A stretch of DNA of 64,000 nucleotides, taken from sequence record MK524176.1; one strand, 5' to 3'. The DNA comes from Escherichia phage PHB11. The notes beneath the pieces are model-generated. The model was not told the DNA's origin, did no database searches, and saw nothing but the letters and a program-made list of their open reading frames with translations. Both the position numbers and the translations under genes were made by a program. This document shows, piece by piece, positions 24,155 through 34,264 of the stretch (position 1 is the first letter of the stretch; each line of letters begins with the position of its first letter).

Positions 24155-26850
24155 TGTACCTCATACCACGATTTACCAACCTTACCAGTACCTGTAACAA
24201 GTGTTTCTTTCTTTAGTCCTAAGTTTTTAGAAGCTTGTCCATAATACCAATCAGTGACAGCTTTCACCTCTGCCGTCATACTTTCTGGGCATTCCCAACT
24301 CGTCTCATCGTGATAGGAGCACAATAAACGAGCACCTATAGCTGGTTTGCGACCGTTTAACTTCATCAAACCTTCGTCAATCATACGACGACAAGCGAGG
24401 TTAATTGCTTCATTCTGAATCTGGCTTTCCGAACCCATGAGCAAATAATTCAATAACTTATGTGGAGATTTACACCACAACCAAGCTCCAGCAACCTTTA
24501 CAAAACCCCCTTTAGAGATTGCAGCAGTCTTACCAAACACCTCTTCAAGTGCCTTTTTAGTCGCTTTGTAGTCAGCTTCCAAGTCATCTAGTAGCTTCTT
24601 AATCTTAGGCAAACGGATAAAGTAAGTCTGTTTAGTCAGTGCACCTTCCTGAGTAGTTGCAGCTTTAATTGTCTTAGCAAACTTCTCATCACCTGCACCA
24701 AACAGTAGTGCATAGATACCATTCTTAGCTTTCTTACGACCCTTGCTAATCTCATGAAGAAGGTTCTCATCCTGAGTAGCTCGACAAGTCAAGATATCCT
24801 GCTCATCATTCAAGCTAAAGTAAATACTATTCAGTGTGTGTGCATCAGTCCCTGAATAGACAACGTAAAGGTCATTCTCAGAGTCATAACGCAGATACTT
24901 GTCAACTTCTGGGTTAAGGTACTCATCAAAATGTTTGCAGTAATAGCGTCCATCTTCTTGACGAATAAACTCAATCTCTTCTTTACCTTGCGTTACCGCT
25001 TTGGTGAAGTCTTTGTCACCCATAAAGTTACAAAGGAGAACTAGCTGGGCTGAGTTCATGTCTACAGAGACAACGTTAGTACCTTCTTCACAAATCCACA
25101 CTGCCCTCATTGGCTCACCGTAAACAGCAGCACCAGAAGGTACGTTTACAATACCATACTGAGTCATACGTCCAGTAGAAGTACCAAACACCATTGCACC
25201 AGCACTAAGGCGACCATCAGGACGAATCTGGTTCAACCAACCTTTTTCATCATCTTTTGAGTTCTCAATAGTTCTGCGTCGGTGCATCAAAGTATAGTAT
25301 TTAGCAATCTTCTGTCCAAGCTCACCTTCAATCGTATCATAAGATGATTCAGTAAGTTTTGGTGAAGTACGGATTAAGCAAGGCTCAAGCAAATCTGTGT
25401 ACTTCTTCACAGACCAGTTATGCTCAATGTACTGGACACCTTCGTGTTCAACATAACTCAAGCCACATCGTTCAACCATCTCCTGCCACTTAGGATGCTT
25501 TGTAATCATCTTTTTGTTGTCTTTGAAACGACAAACTTTGACAGGACGACCGTCAGAGTCTTTCTTGTAGTTCCAGTCATCTGGAATCCAACCAACTGAT
25601 TTCAAGTAATCTTTAACAACTGCTACCTGAGTCATACGAGAAACTTCGAACTCAATTGGTGTATATGGTGCATCAATCAAACCTGTGTAGCGACTTGACT
25701 CAAGCTCAAAGTGGTTAACGACATGGCTGTTATAGTACTTCACAGTTTTAACTGTTTTTACTGGCTTCCAGTCTTTGCACTTCTTACCAATCTTTGCATT
25801 CAACTCATTGCAAATTGCACGAGCATCCTTCATTGCTACAAAACCTTCCTTGTACTCTTCACCAGTTACAGAGTTGGTTGGTGTATAGCAATTCCGCTTT
25901 TCAATGTTAAAAATCTTTGTAGTTGGCTTACCAAATGGCTTGATTTCGTATGTCTGCATCTCACCGTTACGTACCTGTTGACGATACTTTGTCTTAGGGT
26001 ACTTGGTAATTCTCTTCAGTCCATCTGCATGACCGAATGCTTCAACATACTCATTCCAAGCTTTTGCAAACTCTTCTCCAGTGACTTTACCTTTGGTCTT
26101 AATAGTTGGAGGAAGATGTGGTTCAACCTCTGAAGCAAGCTCATTAGTCAACTTGTCAAGTTCCTTTACATGGAACTCCATAAGCTCTTTATCAGCTTTC
26201 CAACCATTGATAGCTTGTTGACTCATCCAGAAAGATGTTTCTTTAGCTCGCATATAGGTTTCATAGGTATCTATGCCACACTTCTTTAGCTTGAGATATT
26301 CATTATCCAGTGCACGTTTAGTTTTGGCGTTAATACGGATATCTTCTACAACACGAGTGAAGATTTCTGCATTCCACACACCCCAATGTTCAATCTCTGG
26401 TTTACGTACACCAACACGAGCACCCCATGCTGCCAAGCCATGAGCACCTTTATAGCCCTTTGGAGTTGGTCTATCCATCCACTGAACACGAGACTGGATA
26501 AGAGAATCCTGAAAGAAATTACTCCACGGCTTACACTTTGGATTATCAAAGTTCCACAAATCAGGTGCAATGTGATTGAAAACCCACCAGTCATATCCCA
26601 GACCATTATGGATGCAAAGTCGTTTTGCCTTTAACGCAAACTCAACACCTTCACGCAAGCCACCCTTAATGTACTTGGTATACTTGTGACCGAGGATAGG
26701 CTCATCTGTAAAGACCCATACAGGTGGCTCTTCATCGTCAGATTTATAGTCTGCGAAAGCCATTACGTGCACTTTAGTGAACTCAAGGAGTAAACCATCA
26801 GTTTCTGTATCACCAACTAAATGTAAGTTTTTAAAATCTACGTTTTCCAT
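24151..26850 (-). CDS. DNA polymerase, family A (T7 gp5-like) with 3'-5' exonuclease domain
   Basis: Exo I VGDTETDG; motif A DMNSAQLVLL; motif B RKKAKNGIYALLFGAG; motif C SYHDE; start set at the Met preceded by GAGGGAG SD (ORF track begins at 26880). Confidence 0.85.
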   Translation of the reverse strand: MENVDFKNLHLVGDTETDGLLLEFTKVHVMAFADYKSDDEEPPVWVFTDEPILGHKYTKYIKGGLREGVEFALKAKRLCIHNGLGYDWWVFNHIAPDLWNFDNPKCKPWSNFFQDSLIQSRVQWMDRPTPKGYKGAHGLAAWGARVGVRKPEIEHWGVWNAEIFTRVVEDIRINAKTKRALDNEYLKLKKCGIDTYETYMRAKETSFWMSQQAINGWKADKELMEFHVKELDKLTNELASEVEPHLPPTIKTKGKVTGEEFAKAWNEYVEAFGHADGLKRITKYPKTKYRQQVRNGEMQTYEIKPFGKPTTKIFNIEKRNCYTPTNSVTGEEYKEGFVAMKDARAICNELNAKIGKKCKDWKPVKTVKTVKYYNSHVVNHFELESSRYTGLIDAPYTPIEFEVSRMTQVAVVKDYLKSVGWIPDDWNYKKDSDGRPVKVCRFKDNKKMITKHPKWQEMVERCGLSYVEHEGVQYIEHNWSVKKYTDLLEPCLIRTSPKLTESSYDTIEGELGQKIAKYYTLMHRRRTIENSKDDEKGWLNQIRPDGRLSAGAMVFGTSTGRMTQYGIVNVPSGAAVYGEPMRAVWICEEGTNVVSVDMNSAQLVLLCNFMGDKDFTKAVTQGKEEIEFIRQEDGRYYCKHFDEYLNPEVDKYLRYDSENDLYVVYSGTDAHTLNSIYFSLNDEQDILTCRATQDENLLHEISKGRKKAKNGIYALLFGAGDEKFAKTIKAATTQEGALTKQTYFIRLPKIKKLLDDLEADYKATKKALEEVFGKTAAISKGGFVKVAGAWLWCKSPHKLLNYLLMGSESQIQNEAINLACRRMIDEGLMKLNGRKPAIGARLLCSYHDETSWECPESMTAEVKAVTDWYYGQASKNLGLKKETLVTGTGKVGKSWYEVH

Positions 26851-26910
26851 TTTTACTCCCTCTAAAATCATTAACCCCATACATTACTGCAAAAAATTAT
26901 AAAAAGCAAG

Positions 26911-26940
26911 TTGACAATGTACTTGACAAGGTGTTAATCT
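26911..26940 (+). promoter_or_regulatory. Candidate rightward promoter(s) in the divergent pol / 27108 intergenic region
   Basis: Two TTGACA hexamers (26911-26916, 26923-26928) with only weak -10 candidates (TTAATC/TAATCT); a perfect TATAAT on the - strand at 26896-26901. Confidence 0.3.
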
Positions 26941-27107
26941 TTGCGAAGTGGGTTTTTACTTAAAAGGTTACTTAACAGTTTAACTATACAGATACTTTAA
27001 AACTCTTAAAAGATTATTTAATAGCTTTTAAAAAGCTTTAAAGTATAACGTATAGAATACGTTAAGATAAAAGATTAAAACTTAATAGTTACTTAAAAGA
27101 GGCTTAC

Positions 27108-27530
27108 ATGCAGAAAATGTTTGTTCACCCAGACATAGCTGACTTTGTTAGAGCTTTGCAGAAGTTGGAAGAACTTGACATTGCTGCTCAACGGGAATAT
27201 GCTCACCATCACAGGAGAATGGTTGATATACAACATGAAATAGAGTTGTCTGAAAACTATGAAGATGACTTAAAATGCTCTGTGTTTGAGCATATGAAAG
27301 ATGTTGCTACAGCGAGACGTAAAGCTAAAGACACAGTTGCTTTACTAGATTCTCTTAAAAAGAGGTTGCAAAGTGGTACAGACCTGTGTAATCTAGCGTC
27401 ACTGATTAACGATGTTGAAACTTCTTGGGATAGGCATTACTATCCACGTTCTGAAAAGACACTTGACTTTTCTTCATCTGAAAACTTAAAATGTTCTAGA
27501 AAGAAACTTAACCAACTGAGAGAGAAATAA
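27108..27530 (+). CDS. Hypothetical protein
   Basis: 140 aa ORF, first gene of the rightward operon. Confidence 0.4.
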   Translation: MQKMFVHPDIADFVRALQKLEELDIAAQREYAHHHRRMVDIQHEIELSENYEDDLKCSVFEHMKDVATARRKAKDTVALLDSLKKRLQSGTDLCNLASLINDVETSWDRHYYPRSEKTLDFSSSENLKCSRKKLNQLREK

Positions 27531-27531
27531 T

Positions 27532-28344
27532 ATGAATACTACTGTAGACCAGATGCTTGAAGAAAAAGGTATTGACGAAGCATTCTTAATCAATGCCGTA
27601 GAAAGCATGGCTATGATTCTTCGTGGAAACAACTACACAGAACAGTTTATGCCTGCAAGCTATAACTTGCCTAAAGACAAGTCTGATAACGGTGCTTTTG
27701 CAGAACAGGTTAATATGATGCTGTGTGATAAAACACTTGCTTTAGCATCTATCGTTGTAGGTGTTGATGCTCTTGCAGAGTTCATTTTCTATGAGATGCA
27801 GAAAAATGACTATATTGCCATGACCTTTGAAGAAAAAGACTCGCTACTGCTCTTAGGTTATGATGAGCTAGTTGACCTGTTAATCTCGTCAACGAGTGCT
27901 GTTATGGCTGCTCTTGAGAAGCGAATGGAAGAGAAGCTGTCACGGTATGAAAAACTTGATTGGGGTGTAGAAGAGTTAAACCCACGAATCAAAGAGATTA
28001 TCCAGCAAACTAAAGACTCTTTAGCAGAAGCCGTGAAAGATGATTCTGTAGCTGATGTAGAACCACTACAGGTTAAGGTTGCTCTGATGATTCCTGCTAT
28101 CTCTACAATGATGAATATCGTTGCACTAATCCAACTTTCTCAGATGTTGGGTGTAACCATTGAGTTCGTTGAGGAGATGACTGGTGGTGTCAGTATGCAA
28201 GCAATTAATGATGTTTTGGTAAACATTGGCGCTTCAATCATTGAAGAGAAGCTTCGCATTAACTTTGGTGACGATTTTGTGAAGCAAGTCTCAGATATGG
28301 CTGAAAAAGAGCAATCACAGATTACTAGTGACCAACTGCACTAA
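27532..28344 (+). CDS. Hypothetical acidic protein
   Basis: 270 aa ORF starting 2 nt after the upstream stop. Confidence 0.4.
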   Translation: MNTTVDQMLEEKGIDEAFLINAVESMAMILRGNNYTEQFMPASYNLPKDKSDNGAFAEQVNMMLCDKTLALASIVVGVDALAEFIFYEMQKNDYIAMTFEEKDSLLLLGYDELVDLLISSTSAVMAALEKRMEEKLSRYEKLDWGVEELNPRIKEIIQQTKDSLAEAVKDDSVADVEPLQVKVALMIPAISTMMNIVALIQLSQMLGVTIEFVEEMTGGVSMQAINDVLVNIGASIIEEKLRINFGDDFVKQVSDMAEKEQSQITSDQLH

Positions 28345-28361
28345 GTCTTTATAAATCTTAC

Positions 28362-28387
28362 AAGCCTCCTTAGTTGGGGGCTTTTTA
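28362..28387 (+). terminator. Intrinsic terminator
   Basis: AAGCCTCC-N6-GGGGGCTT hairpin followed by TTTTT. Confidence 0.5.
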
Positions 28388-28405
28388 GTAATTAAGGGAG
28401 ATAAA

Positions 28406-29149
28406 ATGAGTAATATTATTGCATTTACTGGAAAGGCACGTTCTGGAAAAGACACCTCATGTTCTATTGTTAAGAATATCTTAGAAGATGAGTATGGCTA
28501 CAATGTTGCAGTAATGGCCTATGCAGACAATCTTAAGCTATCTGCATCAAAGATATTTGACTTGACATGGAATGACCTGTACGGTGAAACTAAAGAGACT
28601 CCACAGGTCTTTGATTTATCATACTCTGAACTTATGACTAAAGTTACGGAAGCTATGGAGTTCACCTTCAGAGATGAACGTTACCATATGGACTTTAAGC
28701 TTATGTCAGAGTTAACCGGACGATTAATCATGGAACTTAAGAAGGTTGCTAAACCGACTCTATTGACACGTCTGGGATTTAGCAAAAAGTATAAATTCTC
28801 ATCAAGACAAATTCAACAGATTTGGGGCACTGAAGTAATCCGTAAAGTTATGGGTGACAAGTTCTGGTCTAAAGACCTTGAAAAAAGAATGGTAAACTTC
28901 TTTGACGTTTGCTCACTTAGGAATCAAGAAGGTGTTGTTTTAATCAGTGACTTAAGGTTTGACTCTGAAGCTGAGTGGCTGAGCAGATTTGCACACCAAA
29001 CTATTGAAGTAAAAAGAGACAATGTGGACAAGGTTTCATCACATGTTTCAGAAAATGGAATTTCTACCAAATATGCGCGTGACATTATCCATAATAATGG
29101 TACTCTTGAAGACCTTGAAAGCAAGCTAAGAGCTATCCTGAAAATTTAA
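28406..29149 (+). CDS. Deoxynucleoside monophosphate kinase (T4 gp1-like)
   Basis: P-loop FTGKARSGKDT and C-terminal HNNGTLEDLESKL resembling T4 dNMP kinase. Confidence 0.6.
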   Translation: MSNIIAFTGKARSGKDTSCSIVKNILEDEYGYNVAVMAYADNLKLSASKIFDLTWNDLYGETKETPQVFDLSYSELMTKVTEAMEFTFRDERYHMDFKLMSELTGRLIMELKKVAKPTLLTRLGFSKKYKFSSRQIQQIWGTEVIRKVMGDKFWSKDLEKRMVNFFDVCSLRNQEGVVLISDLRFDSEAEWLSRFAHQTIEVKRDNVDKVSSHVSENGISTKYARDIIHNNGTLEDLESKLRAILKI

Positions 29150-29157
29150 AAGAGAGA

Positions 29158-29358
29158 ATGAAGATGAGAGTAAAAGATAATTTTAAAGTTATTGACCATC
29201 GTTTAGTGGAACTCTCATCTCTTTCCAATGAGGTAATGATTGAACGTCTTAAGAGAGTTGAATCACGAAGGAAAGAGATTGCAGATGAAATTCATGAACT
29301 GGACAAGATTGAAAACGGATTGAAGGCAGAACTACAACGAAGAGGTGCTAATGTCTAA
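29158..29358 (+). CDS. Hypothetical coiled-coil protein
   Basis: 66 aa ORF. Confidence 0.35.
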   Translation: MKMRVKDNFKVIDHRLVELSSLSNEVMIERLKRVESRRKEIADEIHELDKIENGLKAELQRRGANV

Positions 29359-31336
29359 AGGTCGTAAATTGAAAGAGGCTGGTCAGTTTATTGGTCATTG
29401 TGCATGTCCACGTTGTGGTTCATCAGATGCTGGTTCAATCTACCATCATGACGATGATTCTTATTCGATGACTTGCTTTAGCTGTAACAAAGGTTTCCCA
29501 GAGTGGGATTTTGATAAAGGACAAATCGTGAGCACTTATTCTACTGGTTCAGATAATAAAAACCGTACTTTCCGTGGAATGGATTTAGACGATGTAAAAG
29601 AAAACCTAGAAGCAATGGACTTGAAAGACAGGAAGATTCCTGCAAAAGTTCTTGAACGCTTAGGTATCAAGGTTGACATTGACAGTGACGGCGAAATTGA
29701 CGCACATTTCTATCCAACTTACAAACGTAATGAAGATGGTAAGCTAGAGCACGTCGGTTATCGTGTACGTCACCGTTACCCAGAAGACCACCCAAAAGAA
29801 CATCTACGCGGTAAGTTAAAAGACTTTTCAGGTGGTGTTGGGGACATTAAAGGTGAACTGGCAATGTTCGGTTCATGGATTGCTCCAGAAGGCGGTAACC
29901 GTCTATTCATTTGGGAAGGTGAGATGGAATGTGCCACAGCAATCTACATGACTTCTCTGGCGATTAAAGATAAGTCTCGTCGTAAGAATTACTGTCACGT
30001 ATCTGTTCCATCAGGTGCAAACATTAAGTCTATCAAAGACAACTATCAGTACATTACATCATTTGATGAGATTTACTTGTGCTTTGATAACGATGAAGCA
30101 GGTGCTAAAGCTACCAAAGAAGCTGCTGGTATCCTACCTATTGAAAAGGTTCGTTTATTCCAGTATCCAGAAGGTGTAAAAGACCTTAACGAATGGTGGA
30201 CAAAGTTCTATAAAGAGAAAGACACAGTTCTGGAAGGATTTAAACAGCGTATCTACAACGCACCTCGTTACTGCCCTGCTGGTATCAAGAACTTCGCAGA
30301 TGGTTTTGAGGCAATGAAGAATCGTGGTCAGATTCCATTGATTCCTTTCCCAGAATCTTTCGGGGATTTGAACAGGTTGACTTATGGTGGTTACGGTTTA
30401 GGTGAGATTACAACTCTGGCAGCACCATCTTCAGTAGGTAAATCAGCATATACCCGTGAAATGATTTACACTGCTTGGAAGGAAACCGATTATAATATTG
30501 GTGTAATTCCTGTAGAAGATACCTATGAAGAGTTGATGGAGATGCTCTGTGCAATTCATCTAAGCAAGCAGATTTCTGAGATTCCTTATGATGAACGTGA
30601 TTGGGATGAATTGAAGGAAGCACACGCAGAACTATCTAAAGGTCGTCGTATCCATATCGTTGACCATCAAGGGGCAATTGACCAAGATAACCTACTGGAA
30701 TTTGTTGACTATCTTGTTAACAGTTTAGACTGTAAGATTATTATTCTTGACCCTATCACGTTAGCTCTGTCACGTTCAGATACGGATGAAGAGGAAGTTT
30801 TGTCTGAGCTATTGCGTCGTTGCAAACGCTACCAGTATGCACAGGTAAACGTATGTCACGTTCGTAAGAGTGCAGGTGGTCAGAAAGCTAACTCTGAAGG
30901 TGGAGATATCTCTGAAGAGGATATTAAGGGTTCTGGTGCATACTTCCAGATTTCCATGAACAACATTCTGTTAATGCGTAACAAGGTTGACCCAGACCCT
31001 GTTAAGAAAAACTTGACAAAAATCAAGTTAACTAAGTGTCGTCGTCATGGTAAGTCAACAGGTATTGCTGGTCATACTTGGTACAATCCAGATACAGGAC
31101 GTCTTATCAAAGCTTCTGGATGTGGTGTTGACATTGATGGTGCAGCAGAAAATATTCGTCAACAGTTTGGCATTGGTGAAGCTGAAGACCATTATGATGA
31201 CTCTTTACCTCATTATGAGGATGAAGTGTTTGACCGTGAGACTGGTGAAGTCTATACTGAAGAACAGCGTCAAAGCTCAACGATTCCGCCTGTATTAAGT
31301 GAGGATGCAGATGACTGCCCGTTTGAAACTGAGTGA
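29345..31336 (+). CDS. Bifunctional DNA primase-helicase (T7 gp4-like)
   Basis: N-terminal zinc ribbon CPRCGSS...CFSCNKG; Walker A APSSVGKS in a DnaB-like C-terminal domain. Confidence 0.8.
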   Translation: MLMSKGRKLKEAGQFIGHCACPRCGSSDAGSIYHHDDDSYSMTCFSCNKGFPEWDFDKGQIVSTYSTGSDNKNRTFRGMDLDDVKENLEAMDLKDRKIPAKVLERLGIKVDIDSDGEIDAHFYPTYKRNEDGKLEHVGYRVRHRYPEDHPKEHLRGKLKDFSGGVGDIKGELAMFGSWIAPEGGNRLFIWEGEMECATAIYMTSLAIKDKSRRKNYCHVSVPSGANIKSIKDNYQYITSFDEIYLCFDNDEAGAKATKEAAGILPIEKVRLFQYPEGVKDLNEWWTKFYKEKDTVLEGFKQRIYNAPRYCPAGIKNFADGFEAMKNRGQIPLIPFPESFGDLNRLTYGGYGLGEITTLAAPSSVGKSAYTREMIYTAWKETDYNIGVIPVEDTYEELMEMLCAIHLSKQISEIPYDERDWDELKEAHAELSKGRRIHIVDHQGAIDQDNLLEFVDYLVNSLDCKIIILDPITLALSRSDTDEEEVLSELLRRCKRYQYAQVNVCHVRKSAGGQKANSEGGDISEEDIKGSGAYFQISMNNILLMRNKVDPDPVKKNLTKIKLTKCRRHGKSTGIAGHTWYNPDTGRLIKASGCGVDIDGAAENIRQQFGIGEAEDHYDDSLPHYEDEVFDRETGEVYTEEQRQSSTIPPVLSEDADDCPFETE

Positions 31337-31592
31337 TAGTTATAAAAGAGAGGGGTTCATACCCTTCTTTGAAGAAAAAAGTTTAAATAAATTTCAGGAA
31401 GAGTGTTTGACAAAGATTGATAGGTTCTATAGAATGCTCCTCATGAAATGCGATGGTGAGGTTGCTATAAAAGAAGACTCCTACCAAAGCACGATTACAG
31501 TCATCATTACACTGCCTCAGCATAATATTAGTTGGCTGTTTATAATTAAAGAAAATGTGTTTGAATATCAAGTATATCGGAGAATATCATGA
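31299..31592 (+). CDS. Hypothetical protein
   Basis: 97 aa ORF overlapping the primase-helicase 3' end. Confidence 0.3.
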   Translation: MRMQMTARLKLSDSYKREGFIPFFEEKSLNKFQEECLTKIDRFYRMLLMKCDGEVAIKEDSYQSTITVIITLPQHNISWLFIIKENVFEYQVYRRIS

Positions 31593-31738
31593 AACACTCT
31601 AAAGCATTTGAAAAAGTTTTTGGGGATTCCTTAAAAGCCACTGCTGGCAAACCAGCAAAATACTATGAAGAGAAGCGTGTAAGAACTGGAAAAACTGCAC
31701 GCAAAGCAGCTTCTAAAGATAAGCACAACTTCCAGTAA
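31589..31738 (+). CDS. Small basic protein (not in ORF track, 49 aa)
   Basis: ATG at 31589 preceded by GGAGAA; translation MKHSKAFEKVFGDSLKATAGKPAKYYEEKRVRTGKTARKAASKDKHNFQ. Confidence 0.3.
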   Translation: MKHSKAFEKVFGDSLKATAGKPAKYYEEKRVRTGKTARKAASKDKHNFQ

Positions 31739-31745
31739 TTAATGT

Positions 31746-31774
31746 TTGACAATAGAGTATCAACAAATTAGAAT
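31746..31774 (+). promoter_or_regulatory. Near-consensus sigma70-type promoter upstream of the SSB-like gene
   Basis: TTGACA, 17 bp spacer, TAGAAT. Confidence 0.55.
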
Positions 31775-31810
31775 TGGTACTCTTCATAAATTGAGATAGA
31801 GGTTTAAATA

Positions 31811-32668
31811 ATGTCTAAAGTTGTTAAAATGAAAGCTCCGGTAGAGAAGTACAATGGTACTGAACGTCAAACTCTGCGTTACCTGCTGAAAGATGTTTGG
31901 TTTTATTACCTGAACACTTCACCACGTCCGGGAAAAGGTAAGTCCATTGATAAGAAATTCCCAGGAAAAGACTGCAACTACAGTGTTTCAATTCTGGCAG
32001 AAGACGGTAACAAGCTGTTTAAAGAATTTACTAAGTCTAAGAAAAACCCAGAAGGTTGGGATAAAGTTACTACTGAAGCGGTTGATGCAGACGACTTCGA
32101 AGAGAAGTTTGGTTGCAAACCACCATTTGAAGCAGACACTTACTACATCTTGAAAGTAAGTCGTGCAGCAGCTTATAAAGATGGTGCTGTGTGGACAGCT
32201 AAACAGTCATTCCCTGTAATGCTGATTGAAGAAGTAAATGGTAAGCGTGTAGCTGTTAAACAGCCGATGAAGAAAATCAAAGCTCAAGCATCTGATAAGC
32301 ATGAAGATGACAAGAACTATGATGTAATTCATCCAGATATTGCAGTTGGTAACGGTTCTTTTGGTAGTGTGATTCTTTCTACTCACTTCTACACCTTTGA
32401 GAACAATGTTCTGACAAAACCTATTCAGGAACAGTTTATCATTGATACTCTTGTACCTTACACTGGTGGTAACGGTGCTAATGGCGAACCTGAACTGGAT
32501 GAAGACGAACTGGCTATGCTTGGTCTTGATGGTGTTGAAGATAACGGTGAAATCACTGAAGAAGATGCAAAAGACCACAAACCTTCGAATGATTCTGATG
32601 ATGGTGACGATGAAGACTTGCCAGACCCAGATGACGAAGAAGATGAAGACTTCGATACAGAAGACTAA
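31811..32668 (+). CDS. Single-stranded DNA-binding protein (T7 gp2.5-like) candidate
   Basis: Highly acidic C-terminal tail ...DDEDLPDPDDEEDEDFDTED with aromatic residue; location in the replication module. Confidence 0.5.
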   Translation: MSKVVKMKAPVEKYNGTERQTLRYLLKDVWFYYLNTSPRPGKGKSIDKKFPGKDCNYSVSILAEDGNKLFKEFTKSKKNPEGWDKVTTEAVDADDFEEKFGCKPPFEADTYYILKVSRAAAYKDGAVWTAKQSFPVMLIEEVNGKRVAVKQPMKKIKAQASDKHEDDKNYDVIHPDIAVGNGSFGSVILSTHFYTFENNVLTKPIQEQFIIDTLVPYTGGNGANGEPELDEDELAMLGLDGVEDNGEITEEDAKDHKPSNDSDDGDDEDLPDPDDEEDEDFDTED

Positions 32669-32686
32669 TCTCTAAAAGTTACTTTA

Positions 32687-32715
32687 AAGCCCTGTACTTA
32701 GTATGGGGCTTTTTC
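32687..32715 (+). terminator. Intrinsic terminator
   Basis: AAGCCC-N13-GGGCTT hairpin followed by TTTTT. Confidence 0.5.
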
Positions 32716-32730
32716 ATATGGAGAGTCACA

Positions 32731-33771
32731 ATGGAGAAGTATACGCTAACAAAACTTCCCGATTCAGTTACACATGTCTTTATTGACTCTGACAGTATTG
32801 CCTATAAAGGTGCTTGTGTAGTTGAGAAAGCAAAATATAAATATGTCAATAAACTCACAGCAGAAGAATCTGAACCATTTGATAATGCAAAAGATGCCGC
32901 AAGATGGTTAGCAGACCAGAGAATCCTTGTAGAAGAGCTTGGCCTAGCATTTGATGAAGATGAATGGGAAAGACAGACTTGGAAAGAAGCTAAGAGTGAA
33001 AAAGAAGCTATCATGGCTACTCAGCAGGTTCTTCAGGAATGGCTTAAGGTTGTTGGTAAAGAAAGAACTTGGGTAGGTTACTTAACAGAGAAAGGTGTGC
33101 ATAAGCATAAAGACGTTAAAGGTCTTGAGCACCAATATCAAGGTAACCGTAAAGATGCTGTCACACCAACACACTTAGTTGCTTGTCGTGAATATCTCCT
33201 GTCAAGACCAGAGTTCAAACTCTTAAAGGGTGGCTTCGAAGCCGACTCAATCGTTATTGCTAAAGCTGAAAAGATGGGTAAGAAAGCTGCTCTTATGAGT
33301 ATTGACAAAGACCTTCGACAAGCTGAAGGTACTTATTGTATTGATATGACTTATGAAAAGTCACCACTAATTTTTATTGCTGATAATAATGTTGGTGATA
33401 TCTGGGATTGCCCTATCAAATCAAAACCAAAAGCTGCAAAAACAGTTGGTGTAGGTTTTAAATTCTTGTGTTATCAGGCTGTTGCTGGAGATAATGCAGA
33501 CAACTACTTCGGACTTAAAGGTGCTGGAAAAGTAGCTGTGATGAATGCTTTAGATGGTAAAGAGACTTATAAAGAGTGTCTTGATGCTATCTATGAACTC
33601 TATGCTAAAAAAGAGTCTTATACCTATGTATCATGGGATGGACAGACTGTTACCAAAACACCATTAGAGTTAATGGAACAGCATTTCTGGATAGCATATC
33701 AAGAGAGAAATCCAAAAGATAATTTCTCTTTTAAGAAATATAATTGGGAGCCGTGTATGAATGAAGATTAA
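32731..33771 (+). CDS. 5'-3' exonuclease (T7 gp6-like)
   Basis: Blocks VFIDSDSIAYKGA, MSIDKDLRQ and GDNADNYFGLKGAGKV matching the T7 gene 6 exonuclease pattern. Confidence 0.6.
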   Translation: MEKYTLTKLPDSVTHVFIDSDSIAYKGACVVEKAKYKYVNKLTAEESEPFDNAKDAARWLADQRILVEELGLAFDEDEWERQTWKEAKSEKEAIMATQQVLQEWLKVVGKERTWVGYLTEKGVHKHKDVKGLEHQYQGNRKDAVTPTHLVACREYLLSRPEFKLLKGGFEADSIVIAKAEKMGKKAALMSIDKDLRQAEGTYCIDMTYEKSPLIFIADNNVGDIWDCPIKSKPKAAKTVGVGFKFLCYQAVAGDNADNYFGLKGAGKVAVMNALDGKETYKECLDAIYELYAKKESYTYVSWDGQTVTKTPLELMEQHFWIAYQERNPKDNFSFKKYNWEPCMNED

Positions 33772-34258
33772 AGGATTTGGCAATTGCCCTACCTATGGTC
33801 ATTGGGTATCTTTATGTGGGGAAGTTGACCCCACTAAACATTTTGGTTTTGTCTATTTAGTACACTGTAAGAAGACCGGACAATATTATATCGGAAAGAA
33901 ACAGCTTAATAGTGTGACCAAAAGAAAAGTTGCTGGCAAGACTCGGAAGAAGGTAGTCACTAAGGAGAGTGATTGGGTGACTTATGAGACTTCTTCTGAG
34001 TATATTAAAAAAGATATTGAGAGCTTTGGAAAAGAATTTTTTGACTTTTACATTATCCAAACCTACTACACGAAAGGTGGTCTAGTTTATGGTGAAGCAA
34101 ACCTCCAACATAAATTCGATGTAATGACAAAAAGGATTGACTCTAAGCTCAGACTCTTCTACAATGCCAATATTGCAGCAATTAAGTTTATCACTAAAGA
34201 AACTTATGAAGATGCTGAAAAAAGAATCCATAAGGTAATGAAAGCAAATTGTGCTTGA
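33761..34258 (+). CDS. GIY-YIG-like (T5orf172-type) domain protein, possible nuclease
   Basis: N-terminal FGFVYLVHCKKTGQYYIGKK resembles the GIY...YIG motif pair; remainder unassigned. Confidence 0.35.
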   Translation: MKIKGFGNCPTYGHWVSLCGEVDPTKHFGFVYLVHCKKTGQYYIGKKQLNSVTKRKVAGKTRKKVVTKESDWVTYETSSEYIKKDIESFGKEFFDFYIIQTYYTKGGLVYGEANLQHKFDVMTKRIDSKLRLFYNANIAAIKFITKETYEDAEKRIHKVMKANCA

Positions 34259-34264
34259 TAACTA

